Virus record (IMG/VR): IMGVR_UViG_3300047445_000314
Span: 1-64,000 of that record
From: a virus
Strand: one strand, 5' to 3'
DNA: 64,000 bases
In this document: positions 1 through 9,675 of the stretch, piece after piece
How the letters are laid out: the number at the start of each line of letters is the position of its first letter
How positions within the stretch are numbered: position 1 is the first letter of the stretch
Notes under the pieces: model-generated
Seen by the model: the letters and a program-made list of their open reading frames with translations, nothing else
Databases searched by the model: none
Told to the model about the DNA's origin: nothing
Position numbers and translations under genes: made by a program

Positions 1-561
1 ATGGTCCGCTTTGAAGGCATGCGCATTGTCCAGCGCGGCAACGGCATGACGGAACTGATGCCGGTCGCGGTGGTCGAGATGGCCTGTTCGATTGCACCCG
101 ACGCGAATAATGAGATAGACGTCGCGGAAATCAGAGCATTCGTCAAGCACCTGAAAACCAAGTATGGCTACCCGATTAAATCGGTATCGTACGACGGCGT
201 AGACAGCCGCGAATCGATCCAGGCATGGCGCAAGGATGGCATGCGCGCCGTCATGGTCTCGGTTGACCGTACCGCGATCCCGTATAAGCAATTCCGCGAC
301 GCCCTATACGACACGCGAGTCCTGCTACCCGAGAACGATATATTAACCACCGAGATACTGGAATTGGAGTACGACGAGAAGGCCGATAAGATCGACCACA
401 CCGTCATCGGCACCAAGGACGTCTCGGACTCGGTGTGCGGGGCCTATACTAACATGCTGGAACGGCGCAGTACCTGGTCGGCGGCGGCTGGCGATGACGC
501 TGTGCACGCAGAACAACAACGAGCCACCTTCGATGATAGATTTGACGCCCCGCGACAGTGA
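1..561 (+). CDS. terL: Terminase large subunit, C-terminal nuclease domain (probably 5'-truncated by the window edge)
   Basis: Motifs 'IKSVSYDG..SRESIQ', 'SVDRT' and 'KIDH..GTKDVSDSVCGAY' are typical of the C-terminal RNase H-like domain of phage terminases. Confidence 0.8.
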   Translation: MVRFEGMRIVQRGNGMTELMPVAVVEMACSIAPDANNEIDVAEIRAFVKHLKTKYGYPIKSVSYDGVDSRESIQAWRKDGMRAVMVSVDRTAIPYKQFRDALYDTRVLLPENDILTTEILELEYDEKADKIDHTVIGTKDVSDSVCGAYTNMLERRSTWSAAAGDDAVHAEQQRATFDDRFDAPRQ

Positions 562-679
562 CATTAGAGTACAATGATGCTTGTCCCCAATGATGCTTGC
601 CCTCAATGTGGATTGAGCCACAGGAACCAAAGAGTTGTAGAATATAAATACTAAATCATCAACGGAGAGGTAAAAAATA

Positions 680-1597
680 ATGGATAGCTACACTTCCTTG
701 GTACAACAGGTTTTGAACGAGGGCGAGCTGCGCCCGAACCGCACCGGCATCAATACGCTGGGTATTTTCGGCGCGTACTTCACGCACAATATGGCGGACG
801 GCTTCCCGCTACTCACCACCAAACAGATGAGTATCAAGCCGATCATCGCCGAGCTGGTCGGATTCATCCACGGTGCCACCTCGGCCGCGACATTCCGCGA
901 ATTTGGCACGAAAATCTGGGACGCCAACGCCAATCAGGAGAAGGGTTGGCTGGCCAACCCGCACCGCAAAGGCGAGGACGACCTGGGACCGATTTACGGC
1001 GCGATGTGGCGGCGCTGGGATGATACCAAAATTGCCTACAGCCCGGCCGACGAGGAGCGCCTGGAAGCCGCAGGCTATGAGTATGAAACCAGCATCCAAG
1101 GTGGCGTGGTTTACATCAAGGTCATCGACCAACTCCAGGACCTGATCGACGGTATCAAGAAAGACCCGTTCGGCCGCCGCCATATCGTCACCGCCTGGAA
1201 CCCCGGCGAGCTGGACAAGGTCGCCCTGCCCGCCTGCCACTTCGCCTTCCAGTGTTATGTGCGCGGCGACAAGCTGGACTTGCAATTCCACATGCGTTCC
1301 ACCGATCTCTTCCTCGGTGCGCCGTTCAATATCGCTTCCTATGCCGCCCTGCTCACGCTGCTCGCCGCCATGACCGGCAAGGTACCGGGCCGCCTGTCCG
1401 CTACCTTCGGCGACCTGCACATCTACGAGAACCACCTGGAACAAATCAAGGAGCAGATCACGCGCACGCCGCTGCGCTTGCCATCATTCTCAGTCGATGC
1501 TACCGTCAACACCACGTTGGGCGAGGTAGCTACTTGCCTCTTCCAACTAAGTGACTATGAAAGCCACACCGCGCTGAAAGGTGCGATGGCCGTATAG
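680..1597 (+). CDS. thyA: Thymidylate synthase
   Basis: RTG N-terminal motif, FPLLTTK, LGPIYG, 'RRHIVTAWNP', catalytic 'LPACH', 'RSTDLFLGAPFN', 'GDLHIYENH' and C-terminal 'MAV'; GGAGAGG RBS. Confidence 0.97.
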   Translation: MDSYTSLVQQVLNEGELRPNRTGINTLGIFGAYFTHNMADGFPLLTTKQMSIKPIIAELVGFIHGATSAATFREFGTKIWDANANQEKGWLANPHRKGEDDLGPIYGAMWRRWDDTKIAYSPADEERLEAAGYEYETSIQGGVVYIKVIDQLQDLIDGIKKDPFGRRHIVTAWNPGELDKVALPACHFAFQCYVRGDKLDLQFHMRSTDLFLGAPFNIASYAALLTLLAAMTGKVPGRLSATFGDLHIYENHLEQIKEQITRTPLRLPSFSVDATVNTTLGEVATCLFQLSDYESHTALKGAMAV

Positions 1598-1616
1598 TTC
1601 CACTCGACAACCTATA

Positions 1617-1647
1617 GGCGGTGGTCCTCCGTTCCACCGCCCGTTTT
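1617..1647 (+). terminator. Rho-independent terminator after thyA
   Basis: GGCGGTGG/CCACCGCC stem followed by a short T-run. Confidence 0.6.
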
Positions 1648-1663
1648 GACATCGATTGCAAAT

Positions 1664-2011
1664 ATGCCGCCAAAAGTCTGGAGCACCAATGAGGTCGAGG
1701 AAAACTTCCGTACCTGGGTTGCGGAGATCATGGCGACCGACGCCATCGCCTACGAGTCGCGCCGGAGGATAGCGCACCATGTTGTCAGTACCCGCCACCT
1801 GATGATCACCGACGCGCGCCAGTTCTATACCGACGCGCTTAAATCCGGGGTGTTGGATGGCGACTACCCGATCACCATCTCCTGCAAGGGGCAGCCGCTG
1901 GCCTTGATCGAGTCGTTTGAGGAGGTACAGGAGGCGGTCGACAAGTGTAAGTCGATCGGTTGCTCCTACGACTTCCACATCTATGAGTCGGTCAGTCAAA
2001 GGATACATTGA
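1664..2011 (+). CDS. Hypothetical protein
   Basis: ORF with phage-like codon usage; ATG at 1664 just after a palindrome site. Confidence 0.6.
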   Translation: MPPKVWSTNEVEENFRTWVAEIMATDAIAYESRRRIAHHVVSTRHLMITDARQFYTDALKSGVLDGDYPITISCKGQPLALIESFEEVQEAVDKCKSIGCSYDFHIYESVSQRIH

Positions 2012-2047
2012 GGGTGCATTAGGTTTACCATCCCCGGCGCGGGTGGC

Positions 2048-2077
2048 TTGACAAAGTTGCCCGATCAATGCTATTAT
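2048..2077 (+). promoter_or_regulatory. Strong sigma70-type promoter for the RNA cluster
   Basis: TTGACA (2048-2053), 18-nt spacer ending in TGc (extended -10), TATTAT (2072-2077). Confidence 0.8.
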
Positions 2078-2116
2078 GTAGTCATGGAAACAAAGAAGTA
2101 AATGGAGTTGTTTCAA

Positions 2117-2217
2117 TCCCAGAGGTAGCTCAGTGGATAGAGCGCTTTGGTGGCGGAGTTAAACGACAACGATGCCGCTAATGAGGTGGGAGGTTCGAGT
2201 CCTCCGCTCTGGGGCCT
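2117..2217 (+). ncRNA. tRNA-like RNA 1 with an enlarged anticodon arm
   Basis: Acceptor CCAGAGG/GCTCTGG (one G:G mismatch), D arm GCTC-AGTGGATA-GAGC, perfect T arm GGAGG-TTCGAGT-CCTCC. The anticodon arm is a ~10-bp stem with a 19-nt loop. Confidence 0.75.
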
Positions 2218-2426
2218 TACTATGTGGCGCTTGTGTCGTAAGACTCTAAGGGCGTCGAACTGCAAGTCTTTGCCTCTCGCAGGCCTGCACACTCCTAGCC
2301 CACAAGGCATATAGGGGCGCGGGTCTGGACAGCCGATACGGAGAGGTTACGATGGGGTAGGTTTTCATGCCTATTCGTAGTGCGTAAAGGTGGGATTGGC
2401 CGCAGTACAGGCGTCACATAGTAAGG
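2215..2426 (+). ncRNA. Structured ncRNA closed by a ~20-bp terminal helix
   Basis: CCTTACTATGTGGCGCTTGT (2215-2234) pairs with ACAGGCGTCACATAGTAAGG (2407-2426) using G-U pairs; several internal hairpins; no credible ORF. Confidence 0.65.
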
Positions 2427-2545
2427 AGTAATAAAGAGCTACGGAGAGGATGACGGTAATCGAGTGAGTAGCTACATGGAAGGGGCCGCAGCCTCGCCTC
2501 CATGGAGTACGCCCTTGTTCTCTCCACCTGTTTTACGCAGTCCAA

Positions 2546-2632
2546 TCCGGGGTACACTAGCCAAAGCCACGAAACAGGCGCGGCCGGTTGATATTGGTCC
2601 TAATGCTGGTTTGATTCCAGCCCCCGGAGCCA
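2546..2632 (+). ncRNA. tRNA-like RNA 2 (perfect acceptor and T arm with encoded CCA; aberrant D/anticodon half)
   Basis: TCCGGGG/CCCCGGA acceptor, discriminator G, CCA (2630-2632), T arm GCTGG-TTTGATT-CCAGC. Confidence 0.75.
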
Positions 2633-2735
2633 GATTATGTAGCACCGAAAGATACCCGGTATGTTCCCGTCTGTCAGCGGCTGGGTAGTAGCAGTAAGTA
2701 GTACCCCTCGCGCCTCTCTGCAAGGAGGACGAGGG

Positions 2736-2844
2736 CCAACATCAAAGAGCGTGGGCAAGCAAAACGGACGGCTCGATCAACGTTAGTACCGAATCCCTGT
2801 CGGGTTGATATTTAACAGGCGTAGTCTGCTCTTTTTGATGTTGG
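2736..2844 (+). ncRNA. Long-stem structured RNA
   Basis: CCAACATCAAAGAGC pairs with GCTCTTTTTGATGTTGG (2-nt bulge). Confidence 0.5.
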
Positions 2845-2845
2845 T

Positions 2846-2973
2846 AACTGGTTGACGGAACATGCGCCTAACCGGAAGACGTTGAAAGTCGCGCGAGCGG
2901 CAAAGCTAGAGGCCAGGGCGCTATTGGTCGAGGACTAGCGTATTGCAGAGTTCAAACCCTGCACCGGTTACCA
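2846..2973 (+). ncRNA. tRNA-like RNA 3 (acceptor, bulged T arm and CCA, with a ~90-nt insert)
   Basis: AACTGGT/ACCGGTT acceptor, A discriminator, CCA (2971-2973); T loop TTCAAAC closed by GCAG(A)G/CCTGC. Confidence 0.6.
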
Positions 2974-3006
2974 ACTTCATTTTGCAATCAATTTCAAGAG
3001 GCAGTC

Positions 3007-3288
3007 ATGGGCCATTACTATAGCGAGATGTGTTGTTCAAGCTGCGGAGGTATCCCGTGCCGCTGCCCTCGCGCGAAAGCGGTAGACCCCCGGACGCTCT
3101 GGTACATCAAGAGCGATTTCACAGTCGCCAAGGGTAGCGCGTTCATAGTGGCACCGTCCGTTATTGGCGGCTATGTCACGGAGAAAAAAGCCAAGGAAGA
3201 CATCCCCCGAATACTGAAGATCAAGATCAGTAACGCCAAAGAAGACGTGAGAAGACTCGAATCGCTGCTTAAAAAACATAAGGAGTAG
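3007..3288 (+). CDS. Hypothetical Cys-rich protein
   Basis: RBS GAGG; N-terminal CCxxC..CxC. Confidence 0.65.
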   Translation: MGHYYSEMCCSSCGGIPCRCPRAKAVDPRTLWYIKSDFTVAKGSAFIVAPSVIGGYVTEKKAKEDIPRILKIKISNAKEDVRRLESLLKKHKE

Positions 3289-3291
3289 AAC

Positions 3292-3519
3292 ATGGCCTGC
3301 CCTCGTTGCGGTAGCACCGATATCTGGAATGACAATTTATGGTGGGGTTGCAATCCCTGCGGCTACGCGGCCGGTCCCGACGGTCCGACCATGATTTTTG
3401 CCAAAGACAAGCCCGGCCTGGCGCGCTCGGTACAGGAGATGCGCGGCGGCAATGTCCGTAGCACACCACCCCGCCCCGATCCCTACCTGAGCAGCGACGA
3501 GGATTTCGAGAACTGGTAA
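3292..3519 (+). CDS. Zinc-ribbon protein
   Basis: CPRC...CNPC; AAGGAG RBS. Confidence 0.7.
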   Translation: MACPRCGSTDIWNDNLWWGCNPCGYAAGPDGPTMIFAKDKPGLARSVQEMRGGNVRSTPPRPDPYLSSDEDFENW

Positions 3520-3566
3520 TCCCAGGTCCGTAGGTGGGCACAGGTTTTTACTAACTGAAGGAGGTC

Positions 3567-3890
3567 GTGATGGCTACCTATTCGTTACGATGCCGCAATT
3601 ATCTATGCCGTCACCGCTACGTCTCGCACACCTTCCCTTACAAGCAGCCCCCCGCATGCCCGGTATGCCTGAAGAAGGCGGGCTGGCGCGTCGAGGGTCG
3701 CGCGTACAACAAGCGCAACCTGTGCCGCTGCGGCGGGCCGATAGGGCGCGACGGCCCCATCCCACACAATACTGGCCATCCATACTGTGACCACCATCCG
3801 CTCGGGCCGTATAATCAGGCCAAGCGCGCCGGGGTGGAGGATCACGACATCCCCGCAGAGTTCAGACCAAAGGAGACAGCAGATGTATAA
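3567..3890 (+). CDS. Zinc-finger protein
   Basis: Multiple CxxC/CxC/H motifs; GGAGG RBS. Confidence 0.65.
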   Translation: MMATYSLRCRNYLCRHRYVSHTFPYKQPPACPVCLKKAGWRVEGRAYNKRNLCRCGGPIGRDGPIPHNTGHPYCDHHPLGPYNQAKRAGVEDHDIPAEFRPKETADV

Positions 3891-4194
3891 AATTGGCACA
3901 GTGTATATTTGGCAGAACCAGGTCGGTGAGGGTGAGCACTTGAATGGTACGGAGACTACCGTTATCGGTGAGTACGGGCCGCACTATGGCCTTGGTACGG
4001 GCGTGTTTCTTGGGTACGGCCAACGTACTGATACGCCTACCGGCGATAACATCGAGGACAGCTACTGGTTCGCCGAGCGCGGAGATTTGCGCCCTAGAAA
4101 CGAACCACCCAAAGCAGAGCAGGATATCCTGAATTTGTTCTTGATTGCAGAAACCGACCGCGCGTTTGATTACGCCGAGGAGCAGGAAGCGTGA
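3883..4194 (+). CDS. Hypothetical protein
   Basis: AAGGAG RBS, ATG 3883, coupled to neighbouring genes. Confidence 0.6.
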   Translation: MYKIGTVYIWQNQVGEGEHLNGTETTVIGEYGPHYGLGTGVFLGYGQRTDTPTGDNIEDSYWFAERGDLRPRNEPPKAEQDILNLFLIAETDRAFDYAEEQEA

Positions 4195-4574
4195 GAGACG
4201 GCAGCCTTCCCCTCCCCTTGAACGGCGGACACCATGTCGGCCCGCTATTCATTCCGCAGATCAAGAAACCACTGGTCCGCCCGCCCGGCAAGGAAGGCAC
4301 GGTATGGCGGCAGCAGACGCGCAGGCGCACCCCCAGGTGGGCACGGCAAGGCGAGTACTGGTCGCAAATTGCTGCTATTTACGCGGAAGCGCAGCGCATG
4401 ACGGCCCTTACCGGCATCCTTCACGTCGTTGACCATATTGTGCCTAAATGCGGCAAAACCGTCAGCGGCCTACACCTACCCTGGAACCTGCGCGTGATCC
4501 CCTGGAAAGAGAACGCGATCAAGGGCGCGTGGGTGTGGCCGGACATGTGGTTCGAGCAGATGGATTTGTTTTGA
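4191..4574 (+). CDS. HNH endonuclease
   Basis: '[35 protein letters not shown]' is an HNH signature. Confidence 0.85.
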   Translation: MRDGSLPLPLNGGHHVGPLFIPQIKKPLVRPPGKEGTVWRQQTRRRTPRWARQGEYWSQIAAIYAEAQRMTALTGILHVVDHIVPKCGKTVSGLHLPWNLRVIPWKENAIKGAWVWPDMWFEQMDLF

Positions 4575-5333
4575 AGTCAATCTCAAACCGCCCGCCAGGT
4601 GGGCACAGATTTTTAGTAACTGGAGAACGTTGTGACCTTTATTGACCTTTGCGCGGCCGGGCTAGAGAGTCCGGAAAATATTGATGATTGGATTGATCGG
4701 TGGCACGTCGATCCGAACACGGCAGACGGCGCTGTGTTACACGACCATCTGGGTATGACCCGCGCTGAGTATGCGCTATGGGTGTTCAGCCATGACGCGG
4801 GAGAGGCGATCTGGTGGATCGTGCAGCGGCGTATCGCTGGTGTTGTGCTGTCGCGCGACGAGCTGTAGACTGGCCACGCTGGTAACTACCGCTGCTATTC
4901 CTTGCCTGGAGAAAACCATGTACGCATCTGCTGAGATGGCTGCCCCGACCTACGCGATGGACGATGCCTACCGCATCACCCTGAAATACCTGACCTACGA
5001 GGCGGCGCTGGCTGCTGCGCTACTGGCCAGTCCTTATCTACGTAGCAATGGATACACCGTCACCACAGTGACCCCCTCGTCGGCCAAGCAGGATATCGAC
5101 CAGATCAAGAAACATGCTGAATTCATTACCCCGCCCGACGCCGTATGGCAAGACACCACCGAGCTGCAATGTGGCTGGCTAGGCAGCGCCTTGATCCACC
5201 GCTGGCACCGCGCCGACAAGGACGAGACGTTCTACACCCTGGTGAGCCGCGAGTAGTCCCCGAAAGAATGTAAGATATACGTACGCCAACAAAACGGCGC
5301 AAATTTTGCAACCAACATCAAAAAGGAGTCACC

Positions 5334-5753
5334 ATGCAACACAACAACCTGGGTAACAGCCTTATCTCCAAAGCCGACGCCTTCCTGGCCGCCGCGCTAT
5401 CCAACGCAGGACTCGGCGCGCGGGTGGTCGCCAATCCCCCTGACCGATACACCCGCGCCAATCTCTTTAACACCAACATCGCCACCCCGCGCTACCCTCA
5501 CAGCAGCACCAAGCAGCACACCAAGACCGCTGAACGCCAGTACACGGTCACGATCAACGGCCACAGTTACATGCAGACGCGTGACAGCAAGAGTATCCGC
5601 GCCCTGCGCGAGCATGAAGCCTACATGGCCAACCTGAAGGAATTCGCCGATGTCGAGCTGGCGGCCATCGCGCTGGTCGCGCCGGAAGACAAACCCAAGC
5701 GTACCCGCGCCAAGAAAGTAGCAGCACCTGCCGAATCGCAAGAAACCATCTAA
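5334..5753 (+). CDS. Hypothetical protein
   Basis: AAGGAG RBS directly after a palindrome site; followed by a terminator. Confidence 0.7.
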   Translation: MQHNNLGNSLISKADAFLAAALSNAGLGARVVANPPDRYTRANLFNTNIATPRYPHSSTKQHTKTAERQYTVTINGHSYMQTRDSKSIRALREHEAYMANLKEFADVELAAIALVAPEDKPKRTRAKKVAAPAESQETI

Positions 5754-5763
5754 GCCTCTCTCC

Positions 5764-5800
5764 GGCCTGTCGCGAGTACACATTCGCGCAGGCCTTTTTT
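5764..5800 (+). terminator. Rho-independent terminator
   Basis: GGCCTGTCGCGA/TCGCGCAGGCC stem followed by T6. Confidence 0.8.
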
Positions 5801-5819
5801 GTATCCGTGAAGGACTGTC

Positions 5820-6104
5820 ATGACCCGTGCTATCACCCGCGTTGTCGTTTGTGCCGCGTTGGCTTATAAAGATATCCTGATCCTCGGACCACGGCATTTC
5901 GATGCCACCATGCATGCGCAGATGGCGAACTCCCGCTGTGCCATGATGGTCAAAGGCGGTGCCTGGGAGCAGGGCTTCATCGACCAGCATGGTGTGTTCA
6001 TGGATCGCAAGGAAGCGCTGCTGGTGGCACAGGCGGCGGGCCAGATCGGCCTGTACCGCCCGAAGAACCCCGGCGAATGGCTGTGCAGCGAAGACTTGTA
6101 CTAG
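5820..6104 (+). CDS. Conserved phage hypothetical protein
   Basis: 'GPRH...EQGFIDQHGVFMDRKEA...LCSEDLY' pattern, as recalled from many phage hypotheticals. Confidence 0.75.
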   Translation: MTRAITRVVVCAALAYKDILILGPRHFDATMHAQMANSRCAMMVKGGAWEQGFIDQHGVFMDRKEALLVAQAAGQIGLYRPKNPGEWLCSEDLY

Positions 6105-6144
6105 GTAAACACTTGTACTAGACAAACAGGTACTAGCAGGAAAC
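6094..6144 (+). repeat. Three tandem 17-bp repeats
   Basis: ACTTGTACTAGGTAAAC / ACTTGTACTAGACAAAC / AGGTACTAGCAGGAAAC. Confidence 0.7.
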
Positions 6145-7091
6145 ATGACAGTATGCAAGGAAATATCATATTGTAGCGCTAACTGGAGCGTATATAGCCT
6201 ATCCTTCCCGCCAATCTCGCCTATACTAATATGTAGGAGTAGCTACCATGCGCGTAGCCTCTAGCAAGCGCAAAGTTACTCATCCATCCATACAGTGTAG
6301 CGGCAAGATACCGGGAGAATATCGTGGCAACCAAGCGTCAAATTGAAAAGGAATTCAGGGAAGCAGGTTATACGGTGGCGTTCAAGACCAACCGCGTCAA
6401 CCAGAGGCTATGCAGTATGTACATCGACACGGCGGATGGTGCGCCGGTCGTGCATGGCACGGCGTTTAGCGCCGCTACCATCGAGCGCCACCGCGCCGCC
6501 TTCACGCTGTTTTATAAATACCGTGGCGTCACCCTGCGCGATGGGCAAAAGATTGTCTAAGGTATGCTAGAAGAACAGCAACCACTAAGGAATACCATGA
6601 ACCGTAAACCACCGCACCCGCACCGGCTGTGGGCGTTGATCAAGCTGATCCTGTTGATCATCCTGACCTACGCCGTCACCCGGCTGGATTATCATTTAGG
6701 AGAGAAGTATGCAGCAACTGACCCCGCGCCCAACCACAACATTCGACACGCCGCAATGCACCCTGCTGCCGGACACGCATGCGCGCCACTACGCCAACGT
6801 AGTCAATTTGTTGCAGTGGGTGGACTACCAAGGAAATGGCAAGGAATATACTGTGGTCGTCCCCACCTGGCTGTTCCCATTCATGCGTGATGTACTAAAA
6901 CTTGACCCAAGCGAGCAGGTGTTCATGTACATCGCGCAGCAGGGCAAGTATTTCGTGTTCGGCCTCGCCTATGGGGAGCAGGAATACATTGATCTGTGGG
7001 CCTATACTGTGCAAACCCTCCCCGGATGTTTTACGGTATCATGACGATAGTTAGGTAGCAGCCGCGACCTTCCATCCTGAGAGAGGAAATC

Positions 7092-7430
7092 ATGATTACC
7101 CGTAAACAGTACACCGCGCGCGGTGTTGATGTGACGCGCATCCCCACTGAGCAATTGATCGCCGATGGCTACATCGCCCCGCTGAACGAACTGCCGACGA
7201 TTATCGACGGTCCCGGTGACTACATCACCCGCGATGGCCGCCGCGTGACCATCCACACCATCGAGCCAACCAAGACACTGGCGACCACGGGATTCCACGC
7301 GAAAGGCCATATCTGGCGCAGGGTGGATAGCATAGGACGCCACCCGCAATACGATACCTGGCACATCAGCGGGCATTATTGGACCTACGGTGATCTGGCG
7401 TTGGATATCGTCGGCGAGTGGCGCACCTAG
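7092..7430 (+). CDS. Hypothetical protein
   Basis: GAGAGG RBS; 'PGDYITRDGRRVTI' SH3-like pattern. Confidence 0.7.
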   Translation: MITRKQYTARGVDVTRIPTEQLIADGYIAPLNELPTIIDGPGDYITRDGRRVTIHTIEPTKTLATTGFHAKGHIWRRVDSIGRHPQYDTWHISGHYWTYGDLALDIVGEWRT

Positions 7431-7732
7431 CGCGCGCTGATCATGTAAAATGAAATTGATTGCAAAACGAAGTTAAACCACCCGCACCTTGAAAGGGGCA
7501 TGCAATGAACGACGACCAGATCAGCGAAGTGATGCGGCTTGCCAGCCTATATGCCACCGCCCGCGTGATTAAGCACCGCACCCGTATCGGTGACATCACG
7601 ACGGTCACGCCTGAGCAGGCGGCGGACCGTGCCGCCAAAGCAGAGCAGGAACTGAGCGACTACCTGAAAACCATACCGTAATTGATCACGGTATAGTAAC
7701 TACATGACCAACCACCTTGAAAGGGGAATAGT

Positions 7733-8227
7733 ATGACCACTGAGATAAAACCAATACCGGCTGCGGTAGCCGCTGCGTTCAAGCATGTCAGAGATAAACA
7801 CCCTGAAGTCTGTCAAGTCTTCTTCGGCTTCGACGGGCGCTGGCAGTACATGGACGCTGACTTCAACACCCCGTCATTCGGTGAGGACATCGACACGGGT
7901 ATCCTGGAAGATGCCGCCGTGGCGGCAGAACACGCCAATGGAGTACCTTGTGCGTACCTGGACCCTGAATTCACAGGAGAGGAACCGCCCGAAAAGTACG
8001 GCGACACCGCCTTGCGCTGCCCGGCCTGCGGCAACACCACCGATGACTTCCGCGTCACCGCCTGGGTACAGATCAACGTGAGCGCGACGGACTACACCAC
8101 CATCACCGAGCAAGACAACTCTGACACCGAGTACGGCTCGGACGACCGCTGCGAATGTACAAGATGCCATCACGCCGGACTGTTGCACGAGTTCCGCCGC
8201 GCCGACCAAGACGATAAGGAGGACTGA
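7733..8227 (+). CDS. Hypothetical protein with a C-terminal Zn ribbon
   Basis: CACCTTGAAAGGGG leader; CPAC...CTRC. Confidence 0.7.
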   Translation: MTTEIKPIPAAVAAAFKHVRDKHPEVCQVFFGFDGRWQYMDADFNTPSFGEDIDTGILEDAAVAAEHANGVPCAYLDPEFTGEEPPEKYGDTALRCPACGNTTDDFRVTAWVQINVSATDYTTITEQDNSDTEYGSDDRCECTRCHHAGLLHEFRRADQDDKED

Positions 8228-8460
8228 TCATGGCAATCTCTGAAGGCTATAAAGCCAATTTCGACACCCTCCTGCGCGCCGCCAAGGCGGGCGACCTGGC
8301 CCTGATGGAATGCACCGACAAGGCCACCGGCAAAACCGTCATCGCGGTGTGCGCGGTCGGTCGTGATAAAGGAGAATATGTATTCTCGCCGGTCGCCAAG
8401 CTGTTTGACGGTGATCCTTATTCTGAACTTAACCCACCCGCAGTGTGAAGGGAGAATAGT

Positions 8461-8907
8461 ATGATTCAAAATGCCATGCAGGAAGCCCTGAAGATGCACA
8501 ATTTGATTGAAGCCACCCTGCGCCGTGTCGCGCCGGAGCCTCAATGGCCTACCATGGCCGAGCTGCGTGCCATGCCAGAGATCAAGGCGCTGGAAAAGAA
8601 CCAGTACCAAGTGCGCGATATCGTGGACCGCCTGTACAAGCAAGGCTACGTGTCCTCCGTAGGCGAACGCCTGGCCCGACGCTTCGCGTGGAACCTGGAG
8701 GCACAACCTTATGTGTTCACCCCGGCCCAGCGCACGGCGCTGAAGACCCAGCCATCCCCGACGACCGACCCGCGCAAGGACAAGGTACTGGTACAGAAGG
8801 AAGCCCCGGATGTGCAGCAGGAAGTAGAGCTGGTCGTAGCGGGCGTCACCATCGTTGTCTCCAAGAACCCTGTCACGGGCCGCCCCCGCATCACCATCGA
8901 AGGATAG
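8461..8907 (+). CDS. Putative winged-helix DNA-binding protein
   Basis: 'PTMAEL...VRDIVDRLYKQGYVSSVG' wHTH pattern. Confidence 0.55.
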   Translation: MIQNAMQEALKMHNLIEATLRRVAPEPQWPTMAELRAMPEIKALEKNQYQVRDIVDRLYKQGYVSSVGERLARRFAWNLEAQPYVFTPAQRTALKTQPSPTTDPRKDKVLVQKEAPDVQQEVELVVAGVTIVVSKNPVTGRPRITIEG

Positions 8908-9321
8908 GGCGCGGTGGGTCGTAAGCTGAACTACCTAAACCTCTCTGATCTACTATAATGAATACAGTACCACTCACCTAGAAAGGGATCACCATGAATA
9001 CCATGAATGACCAGCAGATAGCTGAAGCCTTGTCCACCTGGACGGCGGCCTGTGTTGATGCGGCACAGTTGGAGGGATGGGACTTGTTCGACTCCTGCGG
9101 CGACACCCGTCAGATTCGCGTGGAGCGCATCGACGACACGGACGAGCTGCCACTGGGAGGTAAGCACCTGTCAGGCGACCTGGAGGCATGGCTGATCGTG
9201 CGCGAGGGCACGCAGCCGCACCATGTCGTCGCCCGCGCCATTCTGTGCAAATACGCGCCGGTCGAATGGGCGCTCATCTGCGCGGCAAACGCAACATCAC
9301 TCACCTAGAAAGGGAAACATC

Positions 9322-9675
9322 ATGAAAGTCCTGATCATCGACCCGCACCTGCGCACCGTCACGGAAGCGGAACATGACGGCGGCCTGGAGGTCATCTACA
9401 AGTTGCTGCATTGCGAACGCATTGAAGCCACCGCGCCCAACAAGCTGCACCTGCATGGCGATTTCCTGTATGTGGACGAGGAGGGCTTGCTTGGCGACCT
9501 GAGCAAGCAAGCGTTCTTCTACATCGAAGGGCAGTACCAGCCGCTCGCTGGCTACGGCATGGTGCTCGGCACCACCAAGTACGGTGACAATGCCCCCGCC
9601 CTGAGCACGGTGGAGGACGTCCTGAAAGTCATCACCTGGATGAACATCGACGACGTACGAAGGAGCCTGGAATGA
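9322..9675 (+). CDS. DUF3846-like phage protein
   Basis: 'MKVLIIDP...LEVIYKLL...LYVDEEGLL...LAGYGMVLG'; leader motif at 9302. Confidence 0.7.
   Translation: MKVLIIDPHLRTVTEAEHDGGLEVIYKLLHCERIEATAPNKLHLHGDFLYVDEEGLLGDLSKQAFFYIEGQYQPLAGYGMVLGTTKYGDNAPALSTVEDVLKVITWMNIDDVRRSLE

Noticed and set aside
2117-2973. Canonical tRNAs, tmRNA or retron msr-msd
   Set aside because: No 5-bp stem/7-nt loop anticodon arm can be drawn, there is no G3:U70 Ala acceptor or tag ORF, and no RT is nearby.
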